Below, piece by piece: positions 1 to 7,852 of a DNA stretch of 64,000 nt (position 1 is the first letter of the stretch; each line of letters starts with the position of its first letter). The notes under the pieces were generated by a model. That model saw only the letters and a program-made list of their open reading frames with translations, was not told where the DNA came from and did no database searches. Position numbers and translations under genes: made by a program. The stretch is from contig CAWDEM010000008.1 in NCBI GenBank assembly GCA_963801355.1, forward strand, positions 2,496,001 through 2,560,000, given 5' to 3'. The DNA comes from Ignavibacteriota bacterium. GTDB lineage: Bacteria; Bacteroidota; Ignavibacteria; UBA10030; UBA6906.

Positions 1-1
1 C

Positions 2-1462
2 TACCGCGATCTGACCCCGGGCGATTTCGATTCACCCGCTTTCTCTCTGGGCGGGGGCGGGTTCGCACTCTCCCCCGACGGCAAAGAGCTCTGCTTCGTC
101 TCCAAGCGCGACGCACATGAAGCCGAGAACACAAACAAAGATCTCTGGATTGTTCCGTTGAGTGGTGGTCCTCCCCGGAATCTCACCGCCGCAAACAAGG
201 GATCCGACAGCAACCCGGTCTATTCTCCCGACGGCAAGTACATCGCCTATCTGACTCAAGTGACACCGAACTATGAAGCGGATTGCCTGCGCATTGCCCT
301 GTTCGACCGCCAGACCCGGCAGACAAGCATCCTCAGCGGCGCTTTTGACAACTGGGCGACCGGTCTTGCGTGGGGACATGATGCACGCACGATCTACTTC
401 ACGGCTGACGTGAAGGGTCATGTGCCCCTGTTCTCCATCGACATCGCCACCAGGGCGATCACGCGGGTCGTTGATGTACAAACCATCGACGCGTTTAGTG
501 TTGCGGAAACCGGCTCCGGCATCGCTTTTGTCCGCCGATCTGTCGGTGAGCCTCGTGAGCTCTGGGCAGTGGACGCAAAGGGGAATTCCCTCCGCAGGTT
601 GACGCTGTTCAATAAGGAGATCGAAGATGCGGTGGACATCCGCCCGGCTGAAGAGCTCTGGATTCCCTCCCCCACCGGACGCATGATTCATACGTTCTTG
701 GTGAAACCCCACGGTTTTGATCCGGCGAAGAAATACCCCCTGATTCTCAATGTTCATGGCGGCCCCCAAATGCAGTGGACCGACGGCTTCCGCGGGGATT
801 GGCAGGTCTATCCCGGAGCCGGGTACATCGTGGCATTCCCGAACCCCCACGGTTCCACGGGCTATGGACAGGAGTTCACCGCGGCGATATCGAGGGACTG
901 GGGTGGCAAAGTGTACGAAGATATCATGGCCGTCACGGACTCGCTTGCCCGGCTCCCTTTCGTTGATGCGGGACGGATGGGTGCGATGGGGTGGTCGTAC
1001 GGCGGCTACATGATGATGTGGCTCGAAGGGCACACACAACGGTTCAAGGCCCTGGCTGCAATGATGGGGGTGTACAATCTCACGGCAATGCACGGAGCGA
1101 CGGAGGAACTCTGGTTCCCGGAATACGATCTGCAGGGGACACCGTGGGAGTCAGACCTGTACAAGCAATGGACACCCAATGCGTTCGTCCGAAATTTCAA
1201 GACTCCGTGCCTGGTCATCACCGGCGAACGGGACTACCGTGTTCCTTATACACAGAGTCTGGAGTTCTTCACCGATCTTCAGAAGATGCGTGTGCCGTCC
1301 CGCCTGATCGTGTTTGAAAACGACGGCCACTGGCCTGGTGGGGTCACTTCCATGCCGCTGTACTACAATGCACACCTGGACTGGTTCCACCGGTATCTCG
1401 GGGGACCTCCTGCACCGTACGACATGCAAAAGATGTGGAGGAACCAGGCATTCCAGCGTTGA
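2..1462 (+). CDS. S9 family (prolyl oligopeptidase-like) peptidase, 5' truncated by window edge
   Basis: Frame is open from position 2 (YRDLTPGDFDSP...SPDGK propeller repeats). Catalytic motifs GWSYGG (Ser), GERDYRV (Asp), NDGHW (His); also VHGGP and NPHGSTGYG. Confidence 0.92.
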   Translation, partial: YRDLTPGDFDSPAFSLGGGGFALSPDGKELCFVSKRDAHEAENTNKDLWIVPLSGGPPRNLTAANKGSDSNPVYSPDGKYIAYLTQVTPNYEADCLRIALFDRQTRQTSILSGAFDNWATGLAWGHDARTIYFTADVKGHVPLFSIDIATRAITRVVDVQTIDAFSVAETGSGIAFVRRSVGEPRELWAVDAKGNSLRRLTLFNKEIEDAVDIRPAEELWIPSPTGRMIHTFLVKPHGFDPAKKYPLILNVHGGPQMQWTDGFRGDWQVYPGAGYIVAFPNPHGSTGYGQEFTAAISRDWGGKVYEDIMAVTDSLARLPFVDAGRMGAMGWSYGGYMMMWLEGHTQRFKALAAMMGVYNLTAMHGATEELWFPEYDLQGTPWESDLYKQWTPNAFVRNFKTPCLVITGERDYRVPYTQSLEFFTDLQKMRVPSRLIVFENDGHWPGGVTSMPLYYNAHLDWFHRYLGGPPAPYDMQKMWRNQAFQR

Positions 1463-1515
1463 TTGACGGAACATGTGTCCCATATCACAAATCCCGGATT
1501 TTTGTGCCGGCCCCG

Positions 1516-1544
1516 TTGTATTTTCCTCCCGCACATGCTATCTT
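1516..1544 (+). promoter_or_regulatory. sigma70-type promoter
   Basis: TTGTAT (1516-1521), 17 bp spacer, TATCTT (1539-1544), with extended -10 TG at 1536-1537. Confidence 0.55.
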
Positions 1545-1554
1545 TTATCCAGAT

Positions 1555-1800
1555 AGCCCCGAACTCTCCACGTGTTTTAGCTGTTCACAACTGAAGCGAC
1601 CATGTCCGACGTAGTGACCGTATATACCGGTGTGGACGGTATTGAGCCGGCTGTTCCCGGAACCGTCATGAGTGTATACACGATTGCTGTTGTGGGTAGT
1701 CGCCGCGAGGATTTCCGCCGGCGCCCGTTGCAGCTTATCGGGTGGCACCGGTTCATGCGCACGCATACCTACGACAAAGGCGGGAGTGTTGTGGAGACCC
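1555..1800 (+). ncRNA. Candidate structured ncRNA (6S-like or unclassified)
   Basis: No convincing ORF, and it starts just after a promoter. Closing helix TCTCCAC 1565-1571 / GTGGAGA 1791-1797 encloses two long imperfect hairpins (about 1620-1679 and 1689-1775) with G-U-compatible pairings. Confidence 0.45.
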
Positions 1801-1864
1801 CGGCCCCCCCAACCCTCGATCTCCGCATTTGATTGCCGAGCACACTATGCAACATCTTTTTGCG

Positions 1865-2248
1865 ATGCAACCGTACGAAGCAACAACAGAAAACATCACC
1901 ATCACGGTACGCCCCCTGTACCTGGACGGTCAGTCCGATGCCATCGCAAGGAAATTTGTCTTTGCCTACTTCATTACCATCGAAAACAACGGCACAGAGC
2001 CCGTGCAACTGCTCCGGCGTCATTGGTTTATCCGGAATGCATCCGATGAATTACGGGAAGTCGAGGGAGAAGGGGTTGTCGGCCAGCAACCCGTCATACA
2101 CCCCGACAAGGGACACGAGTACAACAGCTATTGTGTGCTGGACACGTTCGAAGGCACGATGGAAGGCACCTACCTGATGCGCCGCCCCAGTGGCGAGCTG
2201 TTCTATGTGGTCGTTCCCCGCTTCACTCTCCGGGCACAGGCGAACTAG
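1865..2248 (+). CDS. apaG: ApaG (Co2+/Mg2+ efflux-associated) protein
   Basis: FAYFITIEN, QLLRRHWFI, VEGEGVVGQQP, GTMEGTY motifs. Start could be 1847 or 1865. Confidence 0.93.
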   Translation: MQPYEATTENITITVRPLYLDGQSDAIARKFVFAYFITIENNGTEPVQLLRRHWFIRNASDELREVEGEGVVGQQPVIHPDKGHEYNSYCVLDTFEGTMEGTYLMRRPSGELFYVVVPRFTLRAQAN

Positions 2249-2261
2249 GAGGTCCGAGCCG

Positions 2262-2669
2262 ATGCACCAACAGCCGACACGCCGGATGCTGCGGGCGAAA
2301 ATACACCGTGCGCGGGTCACCGAGGCAAACCTCCACTACGAAGGAAGTCTTACCGTTCCCCCCGGGCTGCTGGATCACGCAGGCATTGCGGAGTACGAGG
2401 CGGTCAACGTGTGGAATGTCACACGGGGGACGAGATTTGAAACGTATGCCATCGCCGGAATCGAAGGCTCAGACGACATTTGCGTCAACGGGGCGGCAGC
2501 CCACCTTGCAGGTCCCGGCGACATTATCATCATCGCAAGTTACGCCGAAGTGCCTGAATCCATGGTCTCCGGTTTCCGCCCCACGGTCGTGTTCGTCGAT
2601 CAGGACAACAAGGTTATCGAAACCGGGCAGGAAGTTCCCGGCCCCCGAACGCATCTCAGGGGATGTTGA
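2262..2669 (+). CDS. panD: Aspartate 1-decarboxylase
   Basis: KIHRARVT, YEGS self-cleavage site, RFETYAI, NGAAAHL; AGGAGG RBS upstream of ATG 2262. Confidence 0.95.
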   Translation: MHQQPTRRMLRAKIHRARVTEANLHYEGSLTVPPGLLDHAGIAEYEAVNVWNVTRGTRFETYAIAGIEGSDDICVNGAAAHLAGPGDIIIIASYAEVPESMVSGFRPTVVFVDQDNKVIETGQEVPGPRTHLRGC

Positions 2670-2713
2670 CCACGCGACTCCGCCCGTCCCGTTCATCCGG
2701 AACCCTCCCGTCA

Positions 2714-3145
2714 ATGCGATCCCTGCTCCATGTCGCCGTAGTGCTGCTGTCGTGTGCTCTGCTATCCTGCAGCGAAGATGAACCTGCGACAGGGGTGCTG
2801 CAATTCACCGACAGGCTCACATTGGGCACGGGTGCAAATGCTTCGAACACCTCCCTGACGGGCGAAAGTTCTGCATTCATCAGCCTCGGGGGGGTTGCGG
2901 TTATCTACTGGCGACTCGAGTCAGCTGCGGAGCTCGACGGCGCGGGCGTGGCGTTGAAGATTGAGAAAAAGAGCGGGAGCAACTACACGCTCATAGGGAC
3001 GTACCCGAATGCCAGTCCCCATAACTACGGACATTTCGTCATTTCCTCCATCAGCCTGGCTGATGCCGGCACATTCCGCGCCACGGGATTGCTGACATCC
3101 ACGGCCACAGAAGTTGCATCGACGACGTTTACGGTACAGTGGTGA
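2714..3145 (+). CDS. Hypothetical lipoprotein
   Basis: MRSLLHVAVVLLSCALLSC lipobox-type signal followed by a beta-rich mature domain. Confidence 0.6.
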   Translation: MRSLLHVAVVLLSCALLSCSEDEPATGVLQFTDRLTLGTGANASNTSLTGESSAFISLGGVAVIYWRLESAAELDGAGVALKIEKKSGSNYTLIGTYPNASPHNYGHFVISSISLADAGTFRATGLLTSTATEVASTTFTVQW

Positions 3146-3233
3146 TCGCCGCGACACCGATCTGATGATCGCCGACGAATGCTCTCCCCTCGGCTTCACG
3201 TGTCAAAGATCTTGCCTTCCAGCCCTTCCCATA

Positions 3234-4235
3234 CTACTTCGCCATAATCATAAGCCGCGCGGCGGAATAGTCACCGGCAGTCAGACGGCAAAAGTAGACA
3301 CCCCCGGCAAGCCCGGTCGCATTGAATGAACGCGTGTGAAGACCCGCTGACAGCTCTTCGTCCACAAGCGTGGAGATCTCACGCCCCAGGGCGTCATACA
3401 CCTGTAACGTCACCCATCCTGCCTTCGGCAGCGAAAAGGCAATTTGCGTGGATGGGTTGAAGGGATTGGGATAGTTCTGATGCAACGCATACGCGGACGG
3501 AATACCGGTCGCCTGATCGCCCACCGCCGTGGAAGAATAGCGCGTGATCCGTACGTCGTCGACGCAGATCTTGTCGGAGTTCGATCCGTCTTCCCCTCCG
3601 TCGTACAGCAGATAGCGGAACGCAACATAGCGTGTCGTCCCCTGCGGAAGGAGCAAAGCCACGCGGGTCCATGCGCTCTTCGGAACATTCATATAGACAA
3701 GACGCGTGAAGCTTCCAACGGCTTTGTCCGTGGTGGACACTCTGACATCGAGAGAATCGGCATAGGAGCCGCTGGAAGAAAGCCGAGACACAGTCCAGAA
3801 GGTCAGGGAATCGACACTTCCGGCCGGGGCGGAACTGCCAGTGTTTGGCGTCACCAACCAATCATCCAGCAAGTACCCGTTTGAGGTGCCCCAATACGCC
3901 GCGGCACACGCGATCCCTTCAAACATCGGGAGTCCGACATCTCCGCCCACAACAAACGATTGATACCAGCACGTATCGCTCGGATCGGCCAAGGTGGTGG
4001 ACACGCCATGGTCATTGTTGATCATGGTCCACCCGGAGTTCAGGAACCAGGCGATTGTCGTGTCGTTGAAGCCTTCTTTGAAGATTTCGACGCCGGCATT
4101 GATCTCATTGGGCGCCGGATTGACAATGACCGGACCGGCCGAGGTCTTTTCTTTCCCCTGTTTCTGGGCGAGCCCTATTCCCGCGACGCACAAGACTAGC
4201 ACAAATACGGTAGCAAAGCGCAGCGCATTTTGCAT
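3234..4235 (-). CDS. T9SS-sorted protein with cleaved-adhesin/choice-of-anchor-J-like domain
   Basis: Signal peptide; GWTMINND, DDWLVTP, YVAFRY, ICVDDV pattern; CTD QNYPNPFNP...GVYFCRL...K. Confidence 0.8.
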   Translation of the reverse strand: MQNALRFATVFVLVLCVAGIGLAQKQGKEKTSAGPVIVNPAPNEINAGVEIFKEGFNDTTIAWFLNSGWTMINNDHGVSTTLADPSDTCWYQSFVVGGDVGLPMFEGIACAAAYWGTSNGYLLDDWLVTPNTGSSAPAGSVDSLTFWTVSRLSSSGSYADSLDVRVSTTDKAVGSFTRLVYMNVPKSAWTRVALLLPQGTTRYVAFRYLLYDGGEDGSNSDKICVDDVRITRYSSTAVGDQATGIPSAYALHQNYPNPFNPSTQIAFSLPKAGWVTLQVYDALGREISTLVDEELSAGLHTRSFNATGLAGGVYFCRLTAGDYSAARLMIMAK

Positions 4236-4271
4236 GGTACCTCCCGCGTAGAGTCGATGATGTGTAAGTTG

Positions 4272-4320
4272 TGATGAATTCCTTTCACAGAAGAATACAT
4301 GCCATACCGGGTAATGTCAA
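4272..4320 (-). promoter_or_regulatory. sigma70 promoter plus operator-like motif for the 3234-4235 gene
   Basis: Minus strand TTGACA (4315-4320), 17 bp, TATTCT (4292-4297); motif TGATGAATTCCTTTCA at 4272-4287. Confidence 0.7.
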
Positions 4321-4333
4321 GGTCTCTCTTTCA

Positions 4334-5335
4334 CTAGAATTCCAATGCCACCCCGAACCGGTGGACGGAGGGGAGGAGGTCGTACGATACAAAGGCATAA
4401 TCGAAGCCAACATGCAGACTGCCTGCGGGGACGGAAGCGCCCACACCCACCGACCACCTTGCCGTGTCGTCGCCAAACCTGTAGCCCCCACGGACAGAGA
4501 GACACTGCATGATTGTAGCTTCAATTCCCGCGCACACGAGTTCATCATTATCGTTCGGGTGGATGACGTCGGTCGCAAGGAGCACCGACAGTTCGTCGCT
4601 GATATAGGGCGACATGGAGAGTCCGACTTGGAAATGCAGCGGGAGGGGATATCCCTCAGCCTGAATCTGCGCCGGCAGCAGCCGCTCCGTGGAAATGGAC
4701 GAATTTGCGTCATAGTCCACTCCGAGATCTCTGCCCTCGAACGTGAGGTCGCCGCCGAAATTCGTGACGCTCATACCGAGCCGGAGATCCCTGAATCCAA
4801 TTTGGTAGAGGGTTCCGATGTCTACGGCAAGACCGCCGGCAGTCTCGTTCCAGATCCGCTGGTGGACATATTTCGCGGTGAGCCCGACGCTGAAGTCCTC
4901 GGTGAGTTTGCGCGCATAGCTGATCCCGAGCATGAGGTCCTGCGCGTCGAAAGACTGGCCGGAGGTCCCTTCGGGGTCGTCTTCCGTCGTTACCGCGATC
5001 TTGTCCATGGTCATCGACGTGAACGAGAGTCCGAAAGACCCTATTTCGCCGAACGATTGCACGTACGCGGCATGGTTCAACCGGCTCCCCGCCCACCACT
5101 CCTCGTGAGAGGCGATGAGGGCGCTGCCCTTCACTCCGATGGTGCCCGCCGGATTCCAGAAGAGCGCGCTCGCATCATCGCCGCACGATGTGAAGGCGCC
5201 GCCGAGGGCCGCCGCTCGTGCGCCCACGGGTATCTTCAGGAACTGCGCGCCAGCTGTTCCCAGGTTGGGGTTTTGAGCATGAAGCATCCCGACCGACAGG
5301 ACTGCAATCGCACAGCCAAGTGTAAGTCGTCTCAT
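4334..5335 (-). CDS. PorV/PorQ-like (UPF0164) outer-membrane barrel protein
   Basis: GTAGAQFLKIPVGARAAALGGA, DASALFWNPAG, terminal Phe; signal peptide. Confidence 0.85.
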   Translation of the reverse strand: MRRLTLGCAIAVLSVGMLHAQNPNLGTAGAQFLKIPVGARAAALGGAFTSCGDDASALFWNPAGTIGVKGSALIASHEEWWAGSRLNHAAYVQSFGEIGSFGLSFTSMTMDKIAVTTEDDPEGTSGQSFDAQDLMLGISYARKLTEDFSVGLTAKYVHQRIWNETAGGLAVDIGTLYQIGFRDLRLGMSVTNFGGDLTFEGRDLGVDYDANSSISTERLLPAQIQAEGYPLPLHFQVGLSMSPYISDELSVLLATDVIHPNDNDELVCAGIEATIMQCLSVRGGYRFGDDTARWSVGVGASVPAGSLHVGFDYAFVSYDLLPSVHRFGVALEF

Positions 5336-5345
5336 GGTCTACCTC

Positions 5346-7817
5346 CTACTTGATCACCGCGAATCGACCGAGCTTTTCCGCGGTGTCGGTCTTGACCAGG
5401 TACACGTACATACCGGCTGCGATCACCCTGTTCCCATCGGTGCGCAGGTCCCAGTTTTCGGTGCCTGTGGTGCCGTCGTGGGTGATGACTTTGATCTTGT
5501 CACCCGCCAAGGTGAAGATGGTAATGGTACAATGGGCGGGGAGATGGTTGAACTTCAACTGGCGTATCGGTTCCTTGCGCAGGACGCCGTATTCCCGCTC
5601 GTAGAGGGAGCCGACGAGATACGGATTGGGAACCACTTTGACGTTGTCCAGTTCATTGGCGCTGATGTCGGTACGTACCTCTACGGGGACTGTTGACACC
5701 ATGAATACATCAGTATAGGTAATCAGACTCGACGAGGAGTCGTTATCCCGCATGACGGCGAACACGATGCCGTCGTCCGTCGCGTAGTGCGTACCGTACC
5801 CAAAGGGGCGAAGGCTCAGGACCGTCGTCCCTCCCGTGGAGGCCACGACTCCGGGATGGATCAGAATGGAATCACCCGTTTCGGGTCTCGCATCTGCCAC
5901 GGAGGCCGTATCGGTCAGGAGGATTCGGAGTCCCGTTCCTCCCATCGTGATCGGCATCCCGGAGGTGTAGGGGCCTGAGGCCCTGATCACTTTCCCTGTG
6001 GTCAGGCTAAGGATAGAGTAGGTCGATGCGGATTTGAACACCAACGCATAGGTGCCGGGATCCGTTTTCACTCCTTCAACTGTTGTCAGGCTGATGATCG
6101 ACTGCAGATTTCCCTTTGCGACGGTGAAGGTGGGGGCAAAACCGATACTGTATTCCTTTCCACCGGCTCCGGGGATGTCAAGCTGCGAAACATCAAGCGT
6201 GACCTTTGCCGATCCGGAATGCGTGATAGTTGAGACCCGGGCCGGAGTTCTTCCTACCGCGCGTGACTCCGGAGTCGCCACGCCGACATTCTGTTCTTCT
6301 GCTGTATAGCCCAGGCTGCTTTCCAGGATCGTTTCATCACTTGTCATCGCATAGGCAGTCACCGAATACCAGTAGGTATAGCCGTTGATAAGAGAGGAAT
6401 CGACGTATGAATTTTGCAGGCCGGTGGATTTGTCAAAGGTCGCGAGCGGAACGGGATCGGATCCCGCCGAAGGGTTCGCGTTGCGATCAATCTGGTCCCA
6501 GTGCTGGCCGAAGTCCACGCTCTTGTACAGGCGGTAGCCCTGGAAGTTTATCTCGTGCGTGATGGGATCGCGTGAAGACTCCGCTGCGTTGTCCCATGTG
6601 ATGGTCGCGCGTCCATCCCCGGAAACAACGGTCACTGCAGGGGTGGTCGGTGCCTTTGGCGTGGCAAAATTGGCACGATAAAGGTCCCACGCATTGCTCG
6701 TGATGGCGTCCATTCCCGCGGCATCGATGGCGGCGATAAACGCCGTGACAAAATGGAGGGTGTCGCCCGGCGCCAGCGTGTAAGGCCCGGAGCCAATGCT
6801 CGACACCAGGTCAATTCCGGCCGATCCGATCGTGGCGGGATCGTCAATATGGATATTGGGCGCGTTTGCGCCGGGATGAAAGTACATTGGCCCGTACCGC
6901 GACGCATGGAGTGAAGGAGAACTCGAATAGATTCCGTATTGCACCGAATCGATGTCGATGTCGTCATCGTACCTCATGTAGTGAAGATCGGTGATGCCAC
7001 GCTGAACACCGTTGATCTCGGGAGTCCGCAGCATGAGGAAGCCGAATCTTCCCGACTGGCCGCCCCACTGCACGGACGTTCCGGCGTCAAGGTACACGAC
7101 CCGCTGCAAGGACTTGTCGAACGCCAGCCGGTCATTCGCGTAATCGACCGCGCTCTCCGACCCGCCGATATCGGGGTCGATATACATGCCAAAATAGACG
7201 TTGTCGTAGGTGTTCTGCGACTTGTTCACGATGTCGAAGCAGTAAATGACCATATCGCGAATGGATTTGGCCCCGAACGCGTATCCCGTTTGATTCACCT
7301 GGATACCGAGGATGCCTTTGCTGTTGGTCGAATCGTTGTAGACGCAATAGCTGTCCTGGCTCGATACGAACACCGGGCTTCCGTCCGCCGCCTTGACAGG
7401 CCATCCGGTGGCCGGCCAGCTGTAGGGTTTGTCGCTCATGGCCACCGTAGCACTGTCGATATTGTTGTACCCCGCGGCCGCCTCCCATTCCTCATTTGTG
7501 GTGAAGCGTCCCTGGATCATATTTCCAGGGATGCCGACGTACGGATTTGCCCGATACACGTATTCGTGCTGACTCTTAATCGGCCATTCGAAGGTTGGGC
7601 CGAGAGCTACAAAGTGAGGATACAATTTCCCGCGATTCTCAAATGCCGATCCCATGTTGCTGCGATTGTGGTTTCCTCCCCCGCGGCTCAGCATGCCGGT
7701 GGTCTTGGCGAGCACGGCCGAAGTCGAAGACTTCGGCCCCCGTTTTTGTGCGGGTGCGGGTACGACCGAGACCAATATTCCCGCAAGAAGGCAGACAACG
7801 AAAGCGCTTCGCATCAT
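5346..7817 (-). CDS. Large secreted protein with FN3-like domain and VVPNPY-type C-terminal sorting domain
   Basis: Signal peptide from MMRSAF; GDGRATITWD...FQGYRLYKS...YWYSVTAY FN3-like segment; CTD VKVVPNPY...WDLRT...GMYVYLV...FAVIK. Confidence 0.75.
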   Translation of the reverse strand: MMRSAFVVCLLAGILVSVVPAPAQKRGPKSSTSAVLAKTTGMLSRGGGNHNRSNMGSAFENRGKLYPHFVALGPTFEWPIKSQHEYVYRANPYVGIPGNMIQGRFTTNEEWEAAAGYNNIDSATVAMSDKPYSWPATGWPVKAADGSPVFVSSQDSYCVYNDSTNSKGILGIQVNQTGYAFGAKSIRDMVIYCFDIVNKSQNTYDNVYFGMYIDPDIGGSESAVDYANDRLAFDKSLQRVVYLDAGTSVQWGGQSGRFGFLMLRTPEINGVQRGITDLHYMRYDDDIDIDSVQYGIYSSSPSLHASRYGPMYFHPGANAPNIHIDDPATIGSAGIDLVSSIGSGPYTLAPGDTLHFVTAFIAAIDAAGMDAITSNAWDLYRANFATPKAPTTPAVTVVSGDGRATITWDNAAESSRDPITHEINFQGYRLYKSVDFGQHWDQIDRNANPSAGSDPVPLATFDKSTGLQNSYVDSSLINGYTYWYSVTAYAMTSDETILESSLGYTAEEQNVGVATPESRAVGRTPARVSTITHSGSAKVTLDVSQLDIPGAGGKEYSIGFAPTFTVAKGNLQSIISLTTVEGVKTDPGTYALVFKSASTYSILSLTTGKVIRASGPYTSGMPITMGGTGLRILLTDTASVADARPETGDSILIHPGVVASTGGTTVLSLRPFGYGTHYATDDGIVFAVMRDNDSSSSLITYTDVFMVSTVPVEVRTDISANELDNVKVVPNPYLVGSLYEREYGVLRKEPIRQLKFNHLPAHCTITIFTLAGDKIKVITHDGTTGTENWDLRTDGNRVIAAGMYVYLVKTDTAEKLGRFAVIK

Positions 7818-7852
7818 GGTCTTCTCTTGAATAATCAGCAAAGGTTGCATGG

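Noticed and set aside
1640-1800. Cobalamin riboswitch, SRP RNA or retron msr-msd
   Set aside because: Only fragmentary word matches. The GGGAA/B12-box and SRP GGAA-AGCAG cores are missing, and there is no reverse transcriptase.
1545-1832. Small ORFs of 61-76 aa on both strands
   Set aside because: No recognisable motifs or RBS; the region is better explained as structured RNA.
2-2669. Functional link of panD (uses Asp) and the S9 peptidase to the cyanophycin locus
   Set aside because: Opposite strand, separate promoter and no shared operator motif; adjacency alone is insufficient.
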